The translations under genes and the position numbers were made by a program. Under the pieces are notes generated by a model. It made no database searches. It saw nothing but the letters and a program-made list of their open reading frames with translations, and was not told the DNA's origin. A DNA stretch of 53,215 nucleotides from a virus (taxonomy: Duplodnaviria; Caudoviricetes). Location of the stretch: the IMG/VR virus record IMGVR_UViG_3300025769_000159, positions 1-53,215 of that record. The stretch is one strand, 5' to 3'. Of this stretch, positions 28,359-36,111 are shown one piece after another. Each line of letters opens with the position of its first letter. Position 1 is the first letter of the stretch.

Positions 28359-28530
28359 AAGAATAATTTGTACCGTTTGTAAAGGAAACGGATACATTAA
28401 AGCGAAAGGACATGATGGGAAAGATAAGATAAACCAATGTTTTGCGTGTGATTCAGAAGGAGAAGTCTATCAAACTGTTTCATCCAAACAATTTGTTGGT
28501 AACGGTAATAGCAGCCGAAGCATAAATTAA
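28330..28530 (+). CDS. CxxCxGxG zinc-finger protein
   Basis: CTVCKGNG...CFACDSEG. Confidence 0.7.
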   Translation: MVKLKLNRIKRIICTVCKGNGYIKAKGHDGKDKINQCFACDSEGEVYQTVSSKQFVGNGNSSRSIN

Positions 28531-28979
28531 TGGAAGAAAAGAATTTAGCTTATATAGCTGGTTTGTTTGATGGCGAGGGACATATTCAATACAAACAATA
28601 CATGCGTCAACGAAAGCATAACATTAAACCTTATCCAACTTGGTCAATTAGAATGGAAATGGCAATGACAGATCAATCTATTTTAATTTGGGTTTGTGAA
28701 ACTTTGGGAGTTGGAACTGTTGGAGAGAAAAGATATAAGACAAGGTACTCAAAAACTTGGAAAAAACAATGGCGTTGGAGGTGTTGTCACCGTGATGCTT
28801 ATTATGTTTCTAAACTTTTATGGCCTTTTGCTCACATAAAGTTAGATGGAATACAAAAAATAATAGCTCATTACGCTAAGAAAAAAATAAAAGTTAAAAC
28901 AAAAAACGAAGTAATAGATTTTAATTATTACAAATTTTGGAGAGAACACAATGTCAAAGAAAAAGAAAAAAGAAAATAA
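28530..28979 (+). CDS. Single-motif LAGLIDADG endonuclease-like protein
   Basis: LAYIAGLFDGEGHI. Confidence 0.8.
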   Translation: MEEKNLAYIAGLFDGEGHIQYKQYMRQRKHNIKPYPTWSIRMEMAMTDQSILIWVCETLGVGTVGEKRYKTRYSKTWKKQWRWRCCHRDAYYVSKLLWPFAHIKLDGIQKIIAHYAKKKIKVKTKNEVIDFNYYKFWREHNVKEKEKRK

Positions 28980-29616
28980 CCCACAGATAGAAGTCAGAAC
29001 TTTTAATTGGGGTCCTTGTGTCATAAAACTTAAGATACAAGATGATTTTAAAAAAGTGTTATTAAGTGAGATTAAAAAATCTAAAGAAGACTATAGACAC
29101 AAACTTGCGGGTCAAATAGAAAAAGAAATAGGTTATACTCAAGAGTCTAGAGATAAAATTATACCTTATCTTGCACCATACTTAGGTATTTATGATCAAA
29201 TGTTTCAAAAGTATCAAGGAAAGTTTTACGATTCAAAACCAGAATACGCACTAACGGCTCTTTGGTGTAATTTTCAACGTCAATATGAATTTAACCCACC
29301 ACACGATCATGATGGTAAATTATCATTTGTAATATATCTATCCGTGCCTGATCCTTTGAAGAAAGAAAACGAAAAGTATAGTGGTAAATCTTGCGGACCC
29401 GGAGGCATACAGTTTATGTATGGTGAAGGAATTAGAGATTGTATTACTTATATGTCTTACTTTCCTAAAGACTGTGAGATGTTTATCTTTCCTGCGTGGT
29501 TGAAACATTGGGTTAGTCCGTTTGACTCTGATTGTGTGAGAGTATCAGTCAGTGGCAATGTCCACGACTCAGCGCCCTTAAATCAAATTAAGAAAGGAAT
29601 GTTAGTTAAGGAATGA
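28951..29616 (+). CDS. 2OG-Fe(II) oxygenase
   Basis: EFNPPHDH, LSFVIYL, FPAWLKHWVSP and RVSVSGN motifs. Confidence 0.85.
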   Translation: MSKKKKKENNPQIEVRTFNWGPCVIKLKIQDDFKKVLLSEIKKSKEDYRHKLAGQIEKEIGYTQESRDKIIPYLAPYLGIYDQMFQKYQGKFYDSKPEYALTALWCNFQRQYEFNPPHDHDGKLSFVIYLSVPDPLKKENEKYSGKSCGPGGIQFMYGEGIRDCITYMSYFPKDCEMFIFPAWLKHWVSPFDSDCVRVSVSGNVHDSAPLNQIKKGMLVKE

Positions 29617-29813
29617 GACATTTGTTTGAAACATGCATCGATGTGGGTAGTGGTTTGCTGCTATCGACACTAATACAGTTGTTCATTTTTCCATTTTTTG
29701 ATATGTACCCAACAGTTCTTGAAAGCTTCCATATAGCTGTAATCTTTACGGTAATTTCTATATGTCGAAGTTGGTTTTGGAGAACGATATTTGGTAAACG
29801 GAGAAGAGTATGA
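29613..29813 (+). CDS. Small two-TM membrane protein
   Basis: Two hydrophobic segments; SICRSWFWRTIF tail; coupled to both neighbours. Confidence 0.65.
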   Translation: MRHLFETCIDVGSGLLLSTLIQLFIFPFFDMYPTVLESFHIAVIFTVISICRSWFWRTIFGKRRRV

Positions 29814-30547
29814 AGCACAGTAATAAGTATCAATATGTTCGAGGTAGACAAATCGATGAACACGGATCAAGGACCTATGATGTAAATGGTTCTAGACTTC
29901 CGTCAGTTACTACGATATTAGGAGCCACCAAAAACCAAGATTTTTTAAAACAATGGAAGGCCAAAGTTGGAGAAGCAGAAGCAGAGCGAATCAAAAACTA
30001 TAGTAGTAGTCGGGGGACAGCTATGCACAAATTCTTGGAACATCATGTACTCGGAACTAACATCGTTGATCTTACGAGGATTGGACAAGAGGCGCGTCCC
30101 ATGGCCGATAAAATTATTGAGATGGGTCTTACACCTGTTGAAGAGTATTACGGCTCGGAAGTCACTTTGTATTATCCTGGGTTATATGCTGGGTCTACTG
30201 ACCTCGTTTGTAGTCATAATGGTAAAGAATCTATTGTAGACTTCAAGCAATCTAACAGACCTAAACGAAAAGAATGGGTTGAAGATTACTATTTACAAAT
30301 TGCTGCATATGCCATGGCACACGACCACGTTCACGGGTCCCAGATCCGTCAAGGTGTGATCATGATGTGTACGCCAGATTTATATTACCAAGAATTTATA
30401 ATCACGGACCATGAATTAAGGAGCTATAAACATAAGTTTTTGAAGAGATTGGACATGTATCATGAGCTCAAGTTTGATGAGAAAGAACAACACAACACGG
30501 AAAAAGAAAACGAAGAATACTTAAAGGAGTTAGAAAGGAAGCTATGA
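29810..30547 (+). CDS. PD-(D/E)xK exonuclease (RecB/Cas4-like)
   Basis: PSVTTIL, RGTAMH, E...YAGSTD...DFKQS and LQIAAYA motifs. Confidence 0.9.
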   Translation: MKHSNKYQYVRGRQIDEHGSRTYDVNGSRLPSVTTILGATKNQDFLKQWKAKVGEAEAERIKNYSSSRGTAMHKFLEHHVLGTNIVDLTRIGQEARPMADKIIEMGLTPVEEYYGSEVTLYYPGLYAGSTDLVCSHNGKESIVDFKQSNRPKRKEWVEDYYLQIAAYAMAHDHVHGSQIRQGVIMMCTPDLYYQEFIITDHELRSYKHKFLKRLDMYHELKFDEKEQHNTEKENEEYLKELERKL

Positions 30548-30714
30548 CGGATCAAACAAGATGGGGTATAGATCAAGTGCAGCAAGAGAATAAGGCCAAG
30601 GCTCACGAAGCCCAAAAAGAGATGAGAGAAGAAGTAAAAGAATATGTTGGTAAATGTGGTATTTTTCAGCTACAAAAAATGTACCAAAAGATGAAGGACA
30701 TGAAAAATGAATGA
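30544..30714 (+). CDS. Hypothetical protein (56 aa, MTDQTRWGI...)
   Basis: Read by hand; AAAGGA RBS and ATGA coupling. Confidence 0.6.
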   Translation: MTDQTRWGIDQVQQENKAKAHEAQKEMREEVKEYVGKCGIFQLQKMYQKMKDMKNE

Positions 30715-30934
30715 CAATTTAAAAAAAGTTCTAACTGCAAGGTACAATGCAGAGATAGAAGACGCAAAATACAAGATAAAATGTTACAGTGAACACGAGC
30801 TTTTGATACCTGAACACCCTGATATTACGGCAGAAGTTGACAAATTATTACAAAAAATGTCCGAATCCCATGATAAATTAGCGGTTATTGAGCTACATTA
30901 TAGCAAAAAAGAGACAAAAAAAGAATTACTATAG
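30707..30934 (+). CDS. Hypothetical helical protein
   Basis: IPEHPDITAEVDKL motif. Confidence 0.7.
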   Translation: MNDNLKKVLTARYNAEIEDAKYKIKCYSEHELLIPEHPDITAEVDKLLQKMSESHDKLAVIELHYSKKETKKELL

Positions 30935-30939
30935 TATTA

Positions 30940-31110
30940 TTTTACAGATTTAAAAAAAATTTTTTTATTTCATGAAATAAAGTGTACTTTGTGTACTTTT
31001 GATCGTTTTTCAGCATAAAATATAGCGTTTTATGGGACAAATTATGGTACACTTTTTGTTTTTTGGTACACATTAATATGTACCAATACAAAATCGCTAT
31101 CGCGCGCACG
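30940..31110. other. Non-coding AT-rich region with a palindrome and GTAC-core repeats (candidate origin)
   Basis: 18-bp palindrome at 30964-30981 and five GTAC cores within 100 bp. Confidence 0.45.
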
Positions 31111-31152
31111 AACAATATTTTAAATTAATCAATCTGTGATATAAACCTATAC

Positions 31153-31440
31153 ATGCCTAAGAAAAGAAGAAAAGCTATCACCACTGAGACAACTCCTGAT
31201 ATACCTTTTCAGAAGGTCAGAGTGGAGTGGGTCGATTGCGTAAGTGATTCTGGCTGGGCTAGTGAAAAAGAATTTAATAAGATGAGATTAGCTAAACCCA
31301 TTAATGAAGGTTGGTTATACTCTAAAGATAAAATTTCTATAAAATTATTTGCATCATACGACAAAGATGAGGATGGAATTAATTTTGGGGATCGAACTAT
31401 GATTCCTCGTCAGTGGGTGAAGAAGATTCAGAAGATATAA
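31153..31440 (+). CDS. Conserved phage hypothetical protein
   Basis: VEWVDCVSDSGW...GWL...IP motif; TG-n-TATAAA ends 7 nt upstream, so possibly leaderless. Confidence 0.7.
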   Translation: MPKKRRKAITTETTPDIPFQKVRVEWVDCVSDSGWASEKEFNKMRLAKPINEGWLYSKDKISIKLFASYDKDEDGINFGDRTMIPRQWVKKIQKI

Positions 31441-31912
31441 CTTCACCTTCTATTTGTTTTGCATTAAGGATTGGTTCGTAATCTTCTAATATTTGTTTCA
31501 TTTTATTTTCTAATTCTTTTTCGGATAGATCCTCTAACTTACCTGTTTTAATTATTTTTCTATCGATATACAATCCTGCAGCTTTTCCTCTATTAGCTTC
31601 AGCATTTACTGCTGATGAAAACGATCCTTTCTTTAGTGCTGCCTCTCGTAATCTTGCAAGTTCTGCAACATGGCCTTCGTAAGTCACTTCATGTTTTCTT
31701 AATCTTTCTTCTTTTAGTTCTCCAATATGTTTCACTACGAGTGGAGACAATCTTGGGTTGGTGAGCTCCGAACCTTCTTGTCTAGCTCTTTTTGGAGAAT
31801 AACCTGCCCTAAGTGCCGCCTCAGTTTTTGTAACTGGACCATTTTCATCACCGAAAACCAGGAATTCTGCAAATCTTTGTTGCATTTCAGTTAATCTCTT
31901 AGGTACGCCCAT
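31397..31912 (-). CDS. terS: Terminase small subunit
   Basis: LTEMQQRFAE...TEAALRAGYS...L..P.V HTH and SAVNAE..RGKAAGLY motif. Confidence 0.85.
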   Translation of the reverse strand: MGVPKRLTEMQQRFAEFLVFGDENGPVTKTEAALRAGYSPKRARQEGSELTNPRLSPLVVKHIGELKEERLRKHEVTYEGHVAELARLREAALKKGSFSSAVNAEANRGKAAGLYIDRKIIKTGKLEDLSEKELENKMKQILEDYEPILNAKQIEGEVISSESSSPTDEES

Positions 31913-31915
31913 AAG

Positions 31916-31949
31916 TTGACAATTTAGGGTAACTCTCCTATAAAGTCAA
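31916..31949. promoter_or_regulatory. Overlapping divergent promoters
   Basis: + strand TTGACA-17-TATAAA; - strand TTGACT-17-TAAATT. Confidence 0.7.
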
Positions 31950-31951
31950 GA

Positions 31952-32104
31952 ATGAAAGTTTACAAGGGAAATGTGGTCTATTCTAATTTAGAACGAGAAA
32001 TAGAAAGATTAAAATTAGATAAAAGAAAACTAGAAAAAGTTAATAATAAGCTTAAAAAGGAGTTAAAAGATGTTCGTAAAGCACTTACAAGAGTACCTAG
32101 ATAA
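31952..32104 (+). CDS. Small coiled-coil protein (50 aa)
   Basis: Read by hand; ATG lies 7 nt after the -10 box. Confidence 0.55.
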   Translation: MKVYKGNVVYSNLEREIERLKLDKRKLEKVNNKLKKELKDVRKALTRVPR

Positions 32105-32312
32105 ATTCACTGAAGGATCCAACGGTATGAGGGGAAACGCAGTCAGTAATGCTAGAATTTACATCATGACTTCTAAGGGTTATTTAGAAGAAATTAAAAG
32201 AATTGAAGTTCATGAAAGCAATAATCCAAAAGACACATCAATAAGGGTAGTTTTAAAACCTAATACAGAGGAAAAATTAATATTACCTCAAGGCTACATT
32301 AAAGATTACTAG
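32070..32312 (+). CDS. Hypothetical protein
   Basis: AAGGAG RBS, 80 aa. Confidence 0.7.
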   Translation: MFVKHLQEYLDKFTEGSNGMRGNAVSNARIYIMTSKGYLEEIKRIEVHESNNPKDTSIRVVLKPNTEEKLILPQGYIKDY

Positions 32313-32341
32313 GGGCATGATATCTTACACTACCACGCCCC
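32312..32341. terminator. Hairpin between convergent transcription units
   Basis: GGGGCATG...CACGCCCC stem. Confidence 0.5.
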
Positions 32342-32351
32342 CATACTCATT

Positions 32352-32561
32352 TTAGGAGGATATATCTATTGGAAATACAGAGTTAGAGTCTTCGTTATCT
32401 TTATCCTTTCTCCATTTTTCAAACTCTACTTTGTCTTTTTCATCCTTATCCCATTGAGTTCTTAAAACTTGCATGGTTGTATCTTCTATTTTTTTAAGAC
32501 CTTCTTTGGTGTCAACTAAAGTAATTATTTTTTTAATTAAATCTAATTTATCTTTTTCCAT
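32352..32561 (-). CDS. Early-type hypothetical protein
   Basis: AGGAGG RBS. Confidence 0.7.
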   Translation of the reverse strand: MEKDKLDLIKKIITLVDTKEGLKKIEDTTMQVLRTQWDKDEKDKVEFEKWRKDKDNEDSNSVFPIDISS

Positions 32562-32577
32562 CTTTCTTACCTCCTTT

Positions 32578-32796
32578 CTAATAACAATCTGAACAATACT
32601 CTCTGTTTGATTGGCTATGATTTTTGTATAAATAATTATTACACTTCTTAGCCTTACAAATAATAGTTCCTTTTATTAATTTTTTCTTTTCTTCTTTCTT
32701 TTCAATCTCTATTAATTCATCAAAAGTTTCATTTCCTTTCAACTCTACACCACAAAAGGATTTTAATTTTTTAACTTCCTTATGGTTTATTTTCAT
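32578..32796 (-). CDS. Early-type protein with C-terminal Zn finger
   Basis: CKAKKC...CSDC. Confidence 0.65.
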   Translation of the reverse strand: MKINHKEVKKLKSFCGVELKGNETFDELIEIEKKEEKKKLIKGTIICKAKKCNNYLYKNHSQSNREYCSDCY

Positions 32797-32797
32797 A

Positions 32798-32944
32798 TCA
32801 ATACCCCAACCAACTTTTTACATCTTTTGTTTTGTAAACTTTTTTTCTTCCTAAAGTTTTAAAAAAGTCTTCCAACTCATCTAAGTTTCCATGTTGCTTG
32901 ATTATGAAAACTGCTCTTTTAAGTGTTATTGTTATTGGTTCCAT
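32798..32944 (-). CDS. Early-type small protein (48 aa, ...VKSWLGY)
   Basis: Read by hand; GAAAGGA RBS. Confidence 0.6.
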   Translation of the reverse strand: MEPITITLKRAVFIIKQHGNLDELEDFFKTLGRKKVYKTKDVKSWLGY

Positions 32945-33074
32945 TTTTTTTCTTCCTTTCTAACTTTAATTTATATTTAGTATGATACACTCCACCCACA
33001 CAACTCAAAATATTTCTCAAAGTTTGTTCCATGAGCCATTTTACATTATCTTGAGTTGGTAAGTTTTTTTTCAT
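32919..33074 (-). CDS. Early-type small protein (51 aa, MKKNLPTQD...)
   Basis: Read by hand; AAGGA RBS. Confidence 0.5.
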   Translation of the reverse strand: MKKNLPTQDNVKWLMEQTLRNILSCVGGVYHTKYKLKLERKKKNGTNNNNT

Positions 33075-33123
33075 TCTAAGTCCTTTATAGTCCTATTAAT
33101 AGTAAAATCAATAATTTTCTTCA

Positions 33124-33216
33124 TTACAGATCCTCAATTAAATGGACTATAATTATCATTAATAGGCATACAAAACCACCTACACCCAAAATCATTGGTA
33201 CATACCACCACTCCAT
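33124..33216 (-). CDS. Membrane micropeptide (30 aa, MEWWYVPMILG...)
   Basis: GGGAG RBS and TAATG coupling. Confidence 0.55.
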   Translation of the reverse strand: MEWWYVPMILGVGGFVCLLMIIIVHLIEDL

Positions 33217-33281
33217 TATTTATCTCCCACTAATCTTAATATTATTAATACAATTACCGTCGCAATAAAAAACCACTCCAT
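33216..33281 (-). CDS. Membrane micropeptide (21 aa, MEWFFIATVIVLIILRLVGDK)
   Basis: AAAGGAG RBS and TAATG coupling. Confidence 0.55.
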   Translation of the reverse strand: MEWFFIATVIVLIILRLVGDK

Positions 33282-33451
33282 TATTTCAACACTCCTTTCT
33301 TCTCTTTTACATAAGTTGTTAGTTCATCAAATAAAGCACTCAAACAAAAGTCCCCTAAATCCCCACTGTTTAAAGTGTGTATTTTTCCGTTTGGGTCTTT
33401 GATCTCAATTTTAAGACTTTCCCACTCCCATTCATTTTTTTTATTTTTCAT
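33281..33451 (-). CDS. Early-type small protein (56 aa)
   Basis: Read by hand; GGAGG RBS. Confidence 0.6.
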   Translation of the reverse strand: MKNKKNEWEWESLKIEIKDPNGKIHTLNSGDLGDFCLSALFDELTTYVKEKKGVLK

Positions 33452-33597
33452 TTTTTACCCTCCGTTAGTTTTTTTATTATTGATAATAACATTTTAATAA
33501 TAGTTTTAGATGAACCATCATAATTTTTTTGTGCAATATCCACATCATCTAATAACCAATTAGTTAAAAAGTCTTTTTCTTTTTTAGTTAGTTTCAT
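33448..33597 (-). CDS. Early-type small protein (49 aa, MKLTKKEKDFL...)
   Basis: Read by hand; AAAGGAG RBS. Confidence 0.6.
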   Translation of the reverse strand: MKLTKKEKDFLTNWLLDDVDIAQKNYDGSSKTIIKMLLSIIKKLTEGKK

Positions 33598-33611
33598 ATC
33601 TTTGCTCCTTT

Positions 33612-34058
33612 CTATTCGACCCTCATTATTTCGATGTCTTGCATCATTTCATCAACTTGATATTTTTCTCCAAGTTCCATTTCTTTTAAATCTTTAATGG
33701 TGTCATTGTCATATTGATACTCATTAAAAAATTTAATTGGATCGTCAACTCTGTTTGATGTATGGCAACCACATTTTTTATCAAATAGTTCATTATGGTC
33801 ACAAGCATCGCCACTCCAACGAACAATGAAAAATTTCATTCCTTTTAAATCTTTCACTAATTCTTCATAACTTGGTTGTGGTTCTTCTTTTAATGGTTCT
33901 AAATGTTTAAAATGAATTAATTCATCATCATTCAAACCATAGTATTGTTTTGGATCAACATTTGATCTCATGCATTCCGTAACATAAGGGTCTGTTATAA
34001 ATTGACCTTGACAGACGAAACCTTTCGCCCCACTTTGATTAGTTATTATTTTTACCAT
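33612..34058 (-). CDS. Early-type hypothetical protein
   Basis: 148 aa; GAAAGGA RBS. Confidence 0.7.
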   Translation of the reverse strand: MVKIITNQSGAKGFVCQGQFITDPYVTECMRSNVDPKQYYGLNDDELIHFKHLEPLKEEPQPSYEELVKDLKGMKFFIVRWSGDACDHNELFDKKCGCHTSNRVDDPIKFFNEYQYDNDTIKDLKEMELGEKYQVDEMMQDIEIMRVE

Positions 34059-34073
34059 TTTCTTTTATCCTTT

Positions 34074-34646
34074 CTATTTGTTTATTTCTTCTTCTGACCA
34101 AGTCCAACCAAGTGACACATCAAAAGCTTTGATTGTTTTACCGTTCACACTAAATTCAGATCTTTCAAGTGTGATTATCTCATCTTCGTTAAAATCTCTG
34201 ATAGATATATTTTCATCATCAATAATTTTAAAGATTGATGTAGGTTCACAATCCATAGTTTTTTTCTGAATTTGATTAAACTTTTTAATTTGGTCTAGTT
34301 CAACCATAGGAATTGACCATCCATTCCATTTATGATTAGTCACATATCCTTCAATATAATGTTCAATAGTATATTCTCCGTTTTCATTTACACTATCTGA
34401 CAACCAATGATCATGAAATAATTTTACCTTTTTCCATCTCATTGGCATATCGTTGGTGAATTTAATTTTTTCACTAACAACATCATCAATAAACTTTCCA
34501 TTGTCTATATCTATAGATTTAACAAATCCCCCACCTTGAGGACATATAGAAATTTTATTGTCTTTGAATTCTGTAATTTCCATATAATTTTTATTATCTG
34601 AATTACAGATATATTTATTGTTTTTTATTAACTCTTTTATATTCAT
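34074..34646 (-). CDS. Early-type hypothetical protein
   Basis: 190 aa; WNGWSIP and GWTWSE motifs; AAGGAG RBS just 3' of the ribozyme. Confidence 0.75.
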   Translation of the reverse strand: MNIKELIKNNKYICNSDNKNYMEITEFKDNKISICPQGGGFVKSIDIDNGKFIDDVVSEKIKFTNDMPMRWKKVKLFHDHWLSDSVNENGEYTIEHYIEGYVTNHKWNGWSIPMVELDQIKKFNQIQKKTMDCEPTSIFKIIDDENISIRDFNEDEIITLERSEFSVNGKTIKAFDVSLGWTWSEEEINK

Positions 34647-34669
34647 CTTATCTTCTCCTTTTTGTTTCT

Positions 34670-34721
34670 GATCTCATCAGTTGAGGATTAACCTCAAGAC
34701 CCCCTTGAGGGGGTTTCGATC
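34670..34721 (-). ncRNA. Hammerhead ribozyme, type II
   Basis: Minus strand reads GAUC-GAAA-CCCCC-UCAA-GGGGG-UC-UUGAGG-UUAAU-CCUCAA-CUGAUGA-GAUC: the full conserved core with three perfectly paired stems. Confidence 0.93.
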
Positions 34722-35323
34722 TATTTCAAATTGTTTTTAATCAAACTTTGATTGTAAGTGTTATTGATAGCATTTACAATTTTACCTTTAATTTGATTTT
34801 GTTCTTGTTCTCTCTTTTTAGTTTCTTCCGAGTTGTTTTCTCTTCTCATTCTTATTAGGTCGAGAGGGTCGGAAAGATTATATTCAGAAACTTTTTCAAC
34901 CTTAAAAGAAACTTTCTCCATTACTTTGTTTACTGCTTTAATTCTCTCAATCTGTTTCTTTTGCAACAAACTTAAAGAATTATAATCAATCTTAAAAAGA
35001 AAGCTTTCAAGATCAATTTCAGTTGTTCCATATTTCCAAAGTCCAATTGATTTGATGTGTTCATTCTCGTCTATAAATAAAACATCAACTGCATTATATG
35101 TTGATTTTTTAACTGCACACCATTTATTAGTTTTAGGATTTAAAGTACAAAAACAAACTCTGTCGCCTTTTGTTTTGTTTGTTTCAATCCATGTTCTTCT
35201 TTTAGTTTTTAATCTAAAACCCCAAGGATAATTTGAAACCTCTAAAGCATTATCAAAACTGTCTTTGTTGTATATATATTTAGTCATTGTTTCTTCTTTC
35301 GTTTTGTTTTTTATATTATTCAT
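34721..35323 (-). CDS. First gene of the early-type operon, hypothetical
   Basis: YPWGFRLKT...W..K.STY motif; its stop codon overlaps the ribozyme 5' end. Confidence 0.75.
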   Translation of the reverse strand: MNNIKNKTKEETMTKYIYNKDSFDNALEVSNYPWGFRLKTKRRTWIETNKTKGDRVCFCTLNPKTNKWCAVKKSTYNAVDVLFIDENEHIKSIGLWKYGTTEIDLESFLFKIDYNSLSLLQKKQIERIKAVNKVMEKVSFKVEKVSEYNLSDPLDLIRMRRENNSEETKKREQEQNQIKGKIVNAINNTYNQSLIKNNLK

Positions 35324-35490
35324 ATCAAGGAGATTATAGGATAATAAAGAGTAATCAAGTCAATAATTGAATAATTTTCGATAGCTCTTGAATTTACTAC
35401 ATATAGTAGGTCCTAATTTCCAGGCACAAGATATTGTGTTTTCAACTTGAAATTGTTTCTTTTTAAATGTAAGTGTCACCTTAAATAATA

Positions 35491-35853
35491 ATGAAGAATG
35501 AAAGTAAATTTTATCACGAAATCAAAAAGAATATATCTGAAATTAGTTGGATTAGACTTGAAAATTCTGTCCTTCTTGGGGTTGCTGATCTATTGGCTTA
35601 TAATGATAATGGCACCTTTTTCACAGTAGAGTTAAAAGTTGCAAGAGGTAACAAGGTTACGTTCTCACCTCATCAAATCGCATTCCATTTTAAACATTCA
35701 AAGAATACTTTCATCCTAGTTAAAGGGCAAAGTCAGAGGTCGCCCAAACTTTTTGAGGGGTCAAAGATCCATGAACTTTTAAACGTGGGTTTTAAATCAA
35801 GGGCATTGGCTCAAGGATATGAAGATATTAAAAAGGTTCTTGGTTCTTTGTAG
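35491..35853 (+). CDS. VRR-NUC / Holliday junction resolvase-like nuclease
   Basis: ESKF...RLEN...GVADL...VELK...SPHQIAFH. Confidence 0.8.
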   Translation: MKNESKFYHEIKKNISEISWIRLENSVLLGVADLLAYNDNGTFFTVELKVARGNKVTFSPHQIAFHFKHSKNTFILVKGQSQRSPKLFEGSKIHELLNVGFKSRALAQGYEDIKKVLGSL

Positions 35854-36111
35854 GTTTTCCGATAACGATTAATTATCACTATTGATATCGCACACTTATC
35901 ACTAGTAATAAATCAAGGTTCTTGATCCGTGTTTCTTGGTCAATGGATCCTAAGCCAAAGCCAAAAACCAAAGAACACGGAACACCGACCCCCCTAAAAA
36001 ATTAAAAGGGATCCTAATACTAGGTGCTAGGTGCAAGAGTTAGACTGTTAATGTTGGTAAAAACGTTTTGATTAGGTATAGTGACCTCAAAAAAATTTTA
36101 AAAATTTTTAA

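Noticed and set aside
29810-30547. Exonuclease as a CRISPR-associated Cas4
   Set aside because: No Fe-S cysteine cluster, array or cas genes; it is an ordinary phage PD-(D/E)xK exonuclease.
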